Positions 40,425 to 51,629 of a stretch of 64,000 bases of DNA are shown in pieces. Source of the stretch: Hemiscyllium ocellatum. Its lineage: Eukaryota. The number at the start of each line of letters is the position of its first letter. Positions within the stretch are counted from its first letter, which is position 1. Both the position numbers and the translations under genes were made by a program. The notes below the pieces were generated by a model that searched no databases, had not been told where the DNA came from, and saw nothing but the letters and a program-made list of their open reading frames with translations. The DNA is taken from the NCBI RefSeq assembly GCF_020745735.1, contig NC_083417.1, forward strand, positions 64,108,001-64,172,000, read 5' to 3'.

Positions 40425-40770
40425 TAAGAGATGGAATTTGAGCAAATCATGCCAATTGGCTTAATTAGATTAGATTCCCTACAGTGTGGGAACACCTTCG
40501 GTCCATGAAGTCCACACCGACCCTCCGAAGAGCAACTAACCAAAGTAATTTCCCTCTGACTGATACACTTAACGCTATGGACAATTTGGCACGGCCAATT
40601 CATCTAACCTGTACATCTTTGGATTGAGGGAGGTAACAACACCACAGGAGGAAACCACGCAGACACAGGAGAATGTGCAAACTGCACACAGACAGTCGCT
40701 CGTGGCTGGCATCGAATCTGGAACCCTGGCGCTTTGGGGCAGCAGAGCTGACCACTGGGCCGCCGTGCAA
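40425..40770 (-). mobile_element. Older shark SINE copy
   Basis: Reverse complement has the A box (gcacggcggcccagtgg), the ttgcacattctcctgtgtctgcgtgg body and an (aatct)n tail. Confidence 0.8.
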
Positions 40771-40899
40771 TTAATTTGTTTCTACACAAAAAAAACATAA
40801 TTTAGTGCACAGTGATGACCATGCTATATACATAAAAACGATGTACTTACCCAATAGTAATGCACTTGGGAAGTTTGAAACTGGCAAAATTATGAATTA

Positions 40900-41670
40900 T
40901 GGTGGTAAAGAATGCTTATGGAATACTTTCCTTCATAGGATAGGATATGAAAGATGAAAATAATGTATTCGTCAAAAACAGATACCCCCACAATTTCATC
41001 AATAGATGACTAAGGGAAAGACAAGGGAATGAGGACGGGCCACAACCCAAAGGACTAGCCACGTTATAATACATCAAGAACATCTCTGAACTGACAACCA
41101 GACTACTACACCAATAGGACTCATGACAGCACACAAACCAACAGCCACTCTCAGACAACAACTCAGCAGGACAAGGACCTGATACCCAGCATGAGCAAAA
41201 CCAACGTAACGTACAAAATCCCGTGCAAGGACTGCACAAAACACTACATAGGACAAACAGGAAGACAGCTAACGATCCGTATCCATGAACACCAACTAGC
41301 CACGAAACGACACAGCCAGCTATCCTTAGTAGCCACAGACGCAGATGACAAGAAACATGAGTTCGATTGAGACAACACTACTATTACAGGACAAGCCAAA
41401 CAGAGAACAGCCAGGGAATTCCTAGAGGCATGGCACTCATCCACAGATTCTAGCAACAAACACATCGACCTGGACCCAATATACTGGCCACTGCAGCGGA
41501 TAGCTGTAAGTGACAACCAGAAGCGGCAGAGGCAAAGGCAATTCACAGGTGGCTCCCAAGCACTCAGGATGTCACCTAACAGGGGACGAAACGTCACAAC
41601 ACAAATTCCCAGCTCGGCGAACAGAACCACAACAACGAACAGCCGAGCTGCAAATCTTCTCACAAACTTT
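40900..41670 (+). mobile_element. Penelope-like element (second family), GIY-YIG region
   Basis: NVTYKIPCKDCTKHYIGQTGRQLTIRIHEHQLATKRH is a clear GIY-YIG endonuclease. Confidence 0.9.
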
Positions 41671-44600
41671 GAATACTGGTGTAATTTCGAGCTGTGTGAA
41701 ACGCCAGATGGATCATAAATACATATGTTGCATAGTTTTAGTCACCACATTACAGAAAACTTATTACTGTTTTGTTGACAGTACGGAAGGAATTTGCAAC
41801 AACGTTTCAATGGATTTTAAGCATTAACTATGGAAAAGAGTGAGAAGTCAGTGTAGTTTCCGTGAGTTCAGCTGATTTGGACTTTGACTGAATTGAAATT
41901 CATAAGCTTAGAGGAACCTAGTTAGAATAGGATAAATCTGTTCTCCCTATTGGAGAAACAATCATCGATCTAAAATATTTTTTAAAGAAGGAATAGATGG
42001 AAAACAGGAAAAGAAAAAATATCCAGCAATGTCGAATGTCTGGAATTCGCTGCCTTGTTTAGCAATGGAGTGAAAGACCCTTAACTTGTTTAAAACTTTT
42101 ATGGACCCTCAAGCACCCTGAAAGAATGTCAAGGAGATAGCTTAGATCCTAACTTTCATATTTGATGTAAAGGCAAGTGAAAGAAGCTGTGTTACAAATG
42201 TGATTTCACTAATCAACTACTGGACTTTAAACAAAATATACTTCAATTTTACAACACAGTAAAAATAGAAACGAAAAGAAGAATTGGTATATCTTTAACC
42301 GTATCAAAATACATTACAAAATAAGGCATTTTTAAAGTATGAAACATCAAATATTCCTATATACAAAAACCCATAAACACACCCTCAGCAAACGCAAACT
42401 CAATAAGACAGGATTTCCTTACTTGCTATCTCCTCAGGTCCAGGAGAAATGAACACCTAAGGAATAATCGAGCAGTAGAGATAGAACTCAAGCTTTTTTT
42501 CTGCATCAGAGAGCTAGCTGCATCAATAAGCCTCAATAGCCTGCTGTACACCCCAACTAAAGTCAAAAGTAATGCATTGGGTCTGTGTGAGCCTGACTCC
42601 ACTCACTCATGCATCATTTGTCTAACTGAGAAAGGGCGTTCAGTGTGGTGAAAGTTGTTTACCCACTATGATTGAAGAAGATACTTTGGCACCAATATGG
42701 CAACATTGTTCTGCAGAAGAAACACCAAAGAAGATATCTCACTTAAGAGGACAGTAGCTTCACAAAACATACATGAATCTGCACTCGAAGTACTGTAATT
42801 TTTAAGACCACAAACAAATGTTTGAAGATGGGACATTACTGGGAATGAGCTTGAATTCTGGCGTGGATCAAAACACTGAATGATTTTCTTCTTTCTAAGG
42901 GCATTCTATGATTTCTATCGTCAGCAGCTCAATGGCATGCTTTAGATCCTTCCAAACAGATAGCGGGAAATAATTTGAACCGAATTGGGTGCATTTTACA
43001 AAGTCTCTGAAGGATGAAATGTCAATGCAAAAAATACGTTCAGAAATGTTAAAGTTGTTTACACGCTACCTTTGAAGCAGATATTCTGACAACAATGTGG
43101 TAACACCGTTCTGCAACTTTCGTGGAAGTTGTTAACTAAGATGATATGCTGAAAATATATAGCTTACTGCAATGCAAATGATACTGTCAAGCATATTCAA
43201 TAATACACTTGCATTTGCAGCATTTGTCAAGATAAACTCACCATTCACATTCTTGATCAAATTGCATGCTTACCTGTTGTCGGTCTTGCAGAAAGAAATG
43301 CATTTCGGATTTCTTCCTTTGAACAAAATTGATTATGGAAATACAAGACAAATTAAAATTTAAAGTTGTCAGTGATGCTCAAATCTTATGTCTGAATAAA
43401 GATGAATCTCATTTGCCGGAATAAGTATCTTCATCACAATCTGAGAAAAGTTCAATCGAAAATCTGCACCTGTCTGTGATTCCCCAATTTACAATGCCAT
43501 CTTGTGCCGTTACTCAGTCAGGCGAAAACACAGTGAAGAAGACAAAAGTTAAAATGTCTTCACATGAAAAATTGCCTCTGCTTCAAATATTTTGTGTAAG
43601 TAATAGCAATCCTGCTCTTATTGCAGCTTGTGTCTGATTTCTGGATATCAAGAAGAGTATCCTAACTATTTCTATTGTAGCGCTTGTGGCAGATCAACTT
43701 TGAATAACTAACTGTCCGTGATTCAATGATCAGCACGAATTGGCGATTTGTGATTTCTGGCAATTTTATGTATTTCCAGATCTTGTGTTTTTTTTTTATA
43801 CTGTCGTTCCGTCAATATCGTCTCCATAGCCTCATACTGACAAGTTCAGAACACAGAACATCAATTTTCACTTCAGGACGATGATTTCCTGTTCTACTGG
43901 ACCAGGCTTCTAGCTTGAACCCTGCACTGTCTTTAGATTTTCAGTCTGCTTTCTGACTGCAAGTACTGAGCATAAACAGGCATCTATTCACAACTTGCAG
44001 TTGGGAGCTATTTTCTTTGACTTCTACCTCATGATTAATTTTATGAAAAGACTGTTTCCTTCTCAAAATGTTTGCAAGCATTGTTGTTGAGGTTTATCTG
44101 CACTATTACCAAAAGTCCACTTTAAAACTATGCAGCATTGCCCTCTGATGTTATTGCTTTGCTGCCACCCTGCAGTTTCCTCAGATAAACTAACTATCTG
44201 CTGCCCATGACCAAACTTTGAATGAGTCACTTCACCCATCAACTCGGTATTGCTATCCACCTGTTCCCTATTTAAGGAATGCCTTGATTTTGAAATCCTC
44301 ATTTTTGTTCTAAGATCTGGTAATTCAATCAGAAAATATCAAAAAATTCCAACTTTTCTAACCCTGACCTCCTGAGTATCCGCACATTTATGAGTCCCTG
44401 TAGCTCACTGGGGCCCAAGGCTTTAGCTGACACGGTTCCAAACTCGATGCGTACCTCCTAAAATCTTTCTACTTCACAACTTCACTTTCTTCCTTTAAGA
44501 CACTACTTAAGAACAACTTATGTGACGAGTTTTGCTCTTTTATTTGCTTCAGTGATAAATAATGCATTTTAAAGTTTTTAAGAAGCTGCTTGAAAAGTTT

Positions 44601-44881
44601 TACTTCGTTGAATGTGCTGTATAAACACAAACATATGTTGTTTTAGCCCACTGATAATTTAGGGACTCTGTGTGACCAGGCGATTTTTGTTGATGAAGTG
44701 ACACTTGATTTCAAGGTCTGCTGGAAAACAGAATCGACCTAGTCAAAAATCGTTTCTTTTACACGAAATGACAAACACATTTCATAACTACGTGTTTCAT
44801 GTTTAAAAGATTATTCGAAGCTCTATCAGCGGCAAACAAAATGTGAGTGCAGTCAGACATCAATTGAAGCTTTAGCACAGA

Positions 44882-44942
44882 ATGTCGGTCGTTGAGATGT
44901 TGCTCTTCATGTTATTGTTGCTGTCAGGTCTAATTTACACAG
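44882..44942 (+). pseudogene. Gene B: signal-peptide exon
   Basis: MSVVEMLLFMLLLLSGLIYT+G|GTATCT, phase 1. 152-nt intron to the acceptor ...caaactAG. Confidence 0.85.
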
Positions 44943-45094
44943 GTATCTTCTTTCTCTCTCCCAGATCTTACCTCGTATCAAGTAAATTAACTGTAGTTCG
45001 TTCTCTTTTGTATTTCCGTGCAGAATTTCGCTCTTAAATGTGTGGTTTTGTATAGAATACAATTAATTAACATGAAGCAGTTATTTCAAACTAG

Positions 45095-45412
45095 GCGTAA
45101 CAGATACTTCCACTAGCGTATCTCAGACTCCCAAAGAGGCAACTATACTAATGGGTACAGACATCATCCTGTATTCCATCTTGCCCCGTTCTCATGACAA
45201 TTCAGCAGTCGAGGTCCGTTTGTGGAAATGAGAGAATAAGTAGCTACAAGCAGGAGTAGACAACAGGAAACGTATTGGTCTCAAAAATAAAGGAGGTGGT
45301 TTCTTGGATCTGCGAAATGCGACACTTCATGACTCAGAATTCTATCATTGTGAAGTATTCCATCAGGGAAATTTAAGCGGGAATGTAACTGGAACCAAGC
45401 TAACTGTCTGTG
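45095..45412 (+). pseudogene. Gene B: germline-joined VJ-type V exon with premature stops
   Basis: VTDTSTSVSQTPKEATILMGTDIILYS(C->S, TCC 45175)ILP...VRLWK*ENK*LQAG...FLDLRNATLHDSEFYHCEVFHQGNLSGNVTGTKLTVC. Stops at 45229 and 45241. 318 nt. The donor reads G|ATAAAT. Confidence 0.88.
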
Positions 45413-46027
45413 ATAAATGATGGAGGAACGGAGTGTTTGGGATGCTTTGTTGTCAATGCTCTGCTGCGCCATCTTTGATATTTTATGTCATATTAATGTT
45501 TGCTGTATGACTCTTTACACAACTCTTAAAAGCACCTGAGGTTTTCTTTGCTATGGTGCTTAAAGCAGCGTGAGCATCAACCCGATTGTGGGATATGTAT
45601 CAAACGTAATGTTATGTTAATTCTGGAACTCTGAAATATAATACTTAACTGCTGGAAATTCTTATCGAACCAGGTTGAGTCTGTACACTGTAAATTTATC
45701 AGGTTATAACTTTAATAGGTTGGATGTTGCCATATTCAGTGCAAAATGTAGCTTTAATTTCATGCGCTATGGTTTTACTACCATCCTTCCTTGTTGTAGG
45801 TTCCTCAGCTCTTTGTTCCTGGACATACAGGAGCTTCGATGTCCCAACCAGATAACCTGCCAATCTTATAAATTTCAAAAGTTTTCACTCACTTTTTTTT
45901 TGTGAGCTGGAAACACACCGAACGGTTGTGCTTTATAAGGGCAGATCAATAAGAATATCGTTCTTCTCCAGTTTCTGATGCTCAACATCTGTCCAGCAAA
46001 CAAATTTTCTCAATTTTCTGTTTGCGG

Positions 46028-46332
46028 TTGTTCCAACCCCAATAAAGATTAACCGCAAGCCGCTCGCACACAATTCATCTAAGTCTCTGATTCTCTAATG
46101 TGAAACGTGTGCATTTCATTCGGGTGGTGTAATTATCCTTTGGTACAGAAATGACACTACTATCAGAAAAGAGATAAACACGTTAAAAAGCAGAACGCTG
46201 AAGGACTGTACGAAGTTGTCAGTGCTTTGGAAGACTGGCAAGCTGAGCGGAATGAGTTTTTATTATGTCTTTTTGGTAACACATTTCCTCCTCCCGACTC
46301 CTGCCATTGCCAGTCAAAAAGTGACCAGTCAG
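46028..46332 (+). pseudogene. Gene B: Ig C1-set exon, decayed
   Basis: VPTPIKIN...SLIL*CETCAFHSGGVIILWYRN (C-x13-W), then after a frameshift KQNAEGLYEVVSALED, then LVTHFLLPTPAIAS. Donor CAG|GTATGT intact; acceptor reads CGG. Confidence 0.85.
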
Positions 46333-46928
46333 GTATGTGGCCAACAGGCCAAGGAATTAAGTCTGCAATTTTTAACTATTTTTAGTTTATTCAAATGATT
46401 AATCATGAAGATAGCTATGAAGTAACTAACTAGAAACAACAGAACCAGAGGATCTGTTCATGCAAAACAATAATTACACAATAAAAGATAAGAAGTAGGA
46501 AAGGAGTAGGCAATTATGCCCCCACCAAACATGTTTAGCCATCAATAAGATATAGACAACTACCTACATCACTTCAAGTTTTCAGTCTCATCCCCATATA
46601 CCTGACACCCACAGTATCTACGATGCTGTTTCTGGGCATATCTGGAGTCTCCTTGTCAACGAGAGTACAGAATGTCAGATTCAGAACATTTGAATAATGC
46701 CATTCCTGCTCATCTCAAAAGTAAACGGCCGAACTCTTAATTAATTATGACATCTCTGCCTAAATTCTCAAAATAGAGGAAATTCCCCATTGATCTCCTT
46801 TAGTTGACATGAAATAATTCATTCGAAGGTGTTGAGTTATTGCAAATACCTTGGTGTTACCAAGAAAAGATTCTTGGAACATTTTTGAAAACCACGACCT
46901 TTAATCTATATTCATATTACTTTTGCAG

Positions 46929-47042
46929 ATTATGGTGGCACGTCCATTTACTACTAATATTTCAAGTACATGATGGGTGGACTAGTGTCGTTACTACTCC
47001 TAATCATCATCAAGCTGCACTGTCAAGTTCCAAAAGAGAACG
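46929..47042 (+). pseudogene. Gene B: transmembrane exon with in-frame stop
   Basis: Acceptor ttttgcAG, donor G|GTAAGG, 114 nt, phase 1-1: DYGGTSIYY*YFKYMMGGLVSLLLLIIIKLHCQVPKEN. Confidence 0.8.
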
Positions 47043-47160
47043 GTAAGGCATAATGTATAAATTTGATTTTATTACAAAACTACTGATACTGGAAAGAGAA
47101 AATCTGAGTGTCCACCCATATGCAAGAAGATTCTATTGGAATTAATGTTTTCTATTTCAG

Positions 47161-47184
47161 ACAGGCCAAACACAATTGTTCCAA
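47161..47184 (+). pseudogene. Gene B: candidate 24-nt cytoplasmic mini-exon
   Basis: Strong acceptor ttttctatttcAG. Phase 1-1 open (DRPNTIVP). Weak donor GTAGGA. Confidence 0.35.
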
Positions 47185-48971
47185 GTAGGAATAAATGCTT
47201 CACTCAATATATTATAGTAATCACATAAACATGTCAAAAATGGACTTGAGTTTCTCCATTTGCAACTGAAATGTTTGCTCTACAGCATTCACTAAATGTC
47301 TGCGTCCTCACGCATTACTGTTTTCATGCAGCTGGTTTTGGAACCATAGTTCTTTCTTTATGAAGCCTAGGTGGATTCAGGCCTGAAACAATTGCAGATA
47401 TTAAAAGCTCTTACAGGGTCTGAGATGTCTAACACTGTCAAAAGAACCTGAAATGAATTAATTAGGTTCTAATTCGTATTTACTTCGGAAGGGTCTTTGA
47501 AGCAATCGCCATTGGACGTAAGTAAATTATTGAAGAATTTGTTATAAGAGCAATGCCTATTTAATTGCATTAACTTCCACGTTGAAACCGCAGTGTTTGC
47601 AAAGTGTCACAGCGTTTGGAAGAAAAGAGTCATTAGTTCATGCAGCTCCATAAAGGTGTGAATTATAAATGTAAAATGATAGCTACAATGAGTAAATGTA
47701 TCGATGTTTAGATCAGATTAGATTAGATTTGATTTATTATTATTGTCACATGTACCTAGGTGCAATGAAAAGATTTGTTTTGCTTGCAATATTCGAAGAT
47801 CATAACATATCAAGATCACAGGGTGATTGAACAGAGGATCAAGTTGATTTTGCAAAAACAAAATCGGTCCCGTCCATCGAAGGCAACTTTCTCCCCTACA
47901 CCTTTCCTGCCCCTGTTACAAACAAATATGAGGAGAAAGAAACAGCGCCAATTTAATTGGAATCTAAAAAGTTTACCATGCTAAATACCTTTTATTTTTA
48001 TTTAATTTAGAAACCAAGCTTAAGTAATACATGTTCTATGAGGTTTAGAAATGTAACTTTTTTTTGTAACTGCCCTTTAGCGAAACAGTTGATTTGTTTA
48101 AATATTTATTATAATGACCACTGTAATAACCTGCCTTCATTTTCACATCTACTTACAGTATTCAGTTTTGTGCATTATCACAAGAGTAAAGTGACAATAG
48201 AAAATTAAATACATGAGATATGCTTTTTCAGGGTCATTTAGGAATTAAAGGGTAAAAATGTTATTATCCCACTGTAAACTGGAGCAGAACCGTGTAACCT
48301 CTGAGACTTATTCATGATAAGGGCACATCAGTACGTACAGTATTAATGTGGTACACTCATATGGTAATGAGAATCAAACATTCAAAGATCACCACAGTAA
48401 CGTTTTTATTCCAGTGATAGCAAGCAATACTAAATTGGCAGCAAGCAGTCCTGTCGTGACATTCACCTTCACTTCACCTCCACTTACACCCCCTTCCACC
48501 ACTGATGACTTCTTTGAACAAAAATCAGAAAGAGAAATGATAAGAGCACCAGTTAACAAACTTTTAAACATTAATTGGCAGGTCCATCATGTATTCCACA
48601 TGAATCCAGATTTGCCAGGCTCCAAATGAAAATTCAGAATGAAAATGTCAACTGATGAAACAGTCACTTGCTGATGTATTAAAATATTGATTTTAGATTG
48701 TAAATGTTGGGAATTGATAAATGTGTGTGTAAATTTCAGTTGTTCACTTGTAATAGCATGAACGTTTCTAGGACTGCTTGAAGATGCTGAAATATTTAGT
48801 AGAGTAAATTGAGCTGGCTGTTAAGTGAGTGTAGTATAAATTGTCAATAAAAATACACGTTGTTATATCTCTCTTCTATCAGTCAAATATGTGTCCTCTC
48901 GTGAGTCATATTGCAAAGCTTTGGTTTGACGTGCATTTTGCGTTTTGATATGTAGAAAAGATTATGCTTTT

Positions 48972-49086
48972 CGGCACGGTGGCACAGTGGTTAGCACTGC
49001 TGCCTCACAGCGCCAGGGACCTGGGTTCGATTCCCGCCTCAGGCGACTGACTGTGTGGAGTTTGCACGTTCTCCCCGTGTCTGCGT

Positions 49087-49117
<31 letters not shown>

Positions 49118-49283
49118 ACAGTCCAAAGATGTGCGGGTCAGGTGAATTGGCCATGCTAAATTGCCCGTAGTGTTAGGTAAGGGGTAAATGTAGGGGTATG
49201 GGTGGGTTTCGCTTCGGCGGGTCGGTGTGGACTTGTTGGGCTGAAGGGCCTGTTTCCACACTGTAAGTCTAATCTAATCTAAT
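48972..49283 (+). mobile_element. Full-length young shark SINE (HE1-like)
   Basis: A/B boxes and (CTAAT)n tail. Near-identical to the copies at 31380 and 52053. Confidence 0.93.
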
Positions 49284-50711
49284 TTGGATCCTACAATTTA
49301 TGAGCTAGATCCCAAACACATTACATGTATTCCTTTTCCATATGACTGTCTATGTGCACTAAAATGTTCATGTAATTATTAGGTTCGAGCATCATAAATG
49401 CCAAAGCTAAGTGTATTTGGCATCAAAGGAAAGAAATTTTAAGGGCTTTTAACACCAACTTGTGAACTAGGTAGAGTATAGAATTCGGCAAAACAAGTCA
49501 TTGCAAATTTTAAAACATTTGTACTGGTGATTGTACCTTGGTTTGGCCTGGGCTGCCTCATTAGCTGAAGAATAGCCAATTATTATCATGCATAAATTCT
49601 GAGTTATATAAGAAGTATGTATTATGAACTGCAAGGCTGGAACTTTATGAAACTAGTTAGATTGTCGGATTTAACAAGTCTTTCATGAATTAAAAACGTT
49701 ACATTAGAAATTGCGGGGTGAATTAAGTTCGTGACATCCTTAAAACCCTCCACCATGTCAGTCAAACGCGAATTTTCTTTAACAAATTTACGTTGGCTTC
49801 ATCTAACTGGATCATTGTAAACTTGTCATATTTAAATAAGTGCCTGCATTTTTCAAATCACGAATGGAAATCCAACATTATGTAGTTACTGTTTTCTCAC
49901 TTATACAGTAGGGTAACATTTGCTTCTATCTAATCTGCTGGAAACATTCTAAAAATGTGTAAAAACTTGGAAGACGATCAACATTGCACTATCTCCATCG
50001 TTATTCTTTGTAACTAGAGAAAATGGGGCCTGGAAAGTTATCAGTCTTCAATCCCAATAGATCTGTCAAAACAAACTTTTCACTCAAGTAATTTCCTTTA
50101 ATTCATTCTATTCATAGTCGTTTTGATCTCTAATTCACCTATTGCGTCAATTTTATTTTCTTCCTCCATACCCATACACTTTTCTACCGTTCTTTATTAG
50201 TGTACTAGTTGTCTCTTTATTCTAAAATACTCCAAATACTAAGTTTATTATTATTTCTTAATGAAACCAGCATTTTCTTTTAATCTTTAAAATAATTAAC
50301 TTACGTTGATAGTGATAGACGACTAAGTTTCATTGATTTTTGTTTCTTGACAGAATATATGGTTGCAGAATATGTAACCATTCTTTAAGAACTATACATT
50401 GCCCATGCACCATCCAACATTTTGATGTTTTTCTTTTCCAGATTCGTCGGTCAATTTAACCCCAAGCCTACTTAATTTCCTCTGTTCAAGTTTAACATCC
50501 TGGCTTCAGATTGGACTGACGAAATTTCAAATTTTGTATACTAATCAATAATATGATGATCACTCATTCTCAAACATTCATTTACAATACAATTGTTGAT
50601 CACATTTTAGTCAGTTGCTCAACATACTTCTCCAGAATGCCAGTCCTACATATTGTAGAATCTCATCTCTACAGAATTAGAGCTCATTAGGTGTACCACG
50701 TCTATACACAG

Positions 50712-50721
50712 AGTGATGTCA
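50712..50721 (+). promoter_or_regulatory. CRE-like decamer AGTGATGTCA upstream of gene C leader
   Basis: Exact fit to the AGTGAYRTCA decamer known from TCR V-beta promoters, 75 nt upstream of the ATG at 50796. Confidence 0.35.
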
Positions 50722-50795
50722 TATTTGGTTTCGTGTTTAGGTTAGGGTTATGTTTATCTGCAGTGAAACTGGTTGCAACATGTTTCCTTGTTCAG

Positions 50796-50850
50796 ATGCA
50801 TTATTTTCAAGTAACAAGCATTCATTTATTGGTTTTCTTCTCTAACGAAG
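50796..50850 (+). pseudogene. Gene C: candidate signal-peptide exon
   Basis: MHYFQVTSIHLLVFFSNE+G|GTGAGT. 55 nt, phase 1, same length as the gene A leader. Confidence 0.55.
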
Positions 50851-50937
50851 GTGAGTCTACTTTCAGTTAATATTCTACAAAACATTGAGAATGCATGTAA
50901 ATAAATTTCTAACAATCTATATTTTTTCTGTTTACAA

Positions 50938-51135
50938 TGGCGAATCACTATTTCACTAGTGTAATGACAAAGTGAATATCATCTACAAGATAAAATCCTG
51001 CAATGGATCAAAATTTTCTCAGCAGAAATACAAAACCTCCACGCTTTTAGAATACTTCAAAAAATTGGACTCTCCTACACAGATTTCTTGGCTCCTGTGT
51101 GGTCCATTGCAAGAGGGACTTAGTTTTCACATGAA
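50938..51135 (+). pseudogene. Gene C: highly decayed, N-truncated C1-set remnant
   Basis: SLV**QSEYHLQDKILQWIK aligns position-for-position with TLVCxxxxFYPxxIxxxWxK (C-x13-W; W at 51004). Then SAEI..KIGLSY..FL.PV and LV(S)H. Confidence 0.5.
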
Positions 51136-51273
51136 GTCTAGAAAGATAAATTAAGATTATTTAGGGCTGCAAAGATTTTAAGCCAAGATTAACTAATAAA
51201 TAGCATCGATATCTCTTTTTAGAAAGTGACAAGAAATGAAATAAAACTCAGCACTAATTGTATAATCTTGTAG

Positions 51274-51377
51274 AGGCTGATCGTAAATATCATTACATTA
51301 CGAGTCTGGACGTGCTGCGGGTGGATTGGCATTTCTGGTAGTCACGTTCACCAAGAGAAGGAAAGTCAATCTGAAGA
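51274..51377 (+). pseudogene. Gene C: transmembrane exon, frameshifted
   Basis: Acceptor atcttgtAG. EADRKYHYIT/(fs)SGRAAGGLAFLVVTFTKRRKVNLK shares the GGL TM motif and basic stop-transfer cluster with the gene B TM exon. Confidence 0.6.
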
Positions 51378-51629
51378 GTATACGTATAAATGAGTTAAAT
51401 TGTTTCATTTTAATATAAATCTCATTAAAAATCAAGGACAATCTTCAAATAAATTAGGACAGAAAGGTGCATGCTATTGATATTTCTTGAGAATAGCCAT
51501 CATCAGTTGTTAAATGGTACAAGAATAGATACAGTACACTGCAATGTAGAACTAAATCCAGCATTTTAAAATATATTCATAACATTACCGTAACATCTGA
51601 TCACCTGGATAGAGAAATTGCATCATTCT

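Noticed and set aside
50443-50552. Strong plus acceptor with open frame DSSVNLTPSLLNFLCSS... as gene B's ITIM exon
   Set aside because: No tyrosine at the motif position, and restoring one needs several substitutions.
50938-51200. Reading this segment as a TCR V relic (GES..DKVNI..ILQW)
   Set aside because: The C-x13-W spacing and the downstream GL.Y..FL and LVSH motifs fit a C1 domain better, and no RSS follows.
51308-51316. Arg in gene C TM (GRAAGGL) as an activating-receptor charge like NKp30
   Set aside because: The exon is frameshifted and CGT is one step from TGT (Cys), so it cannot be distinguished from decay.
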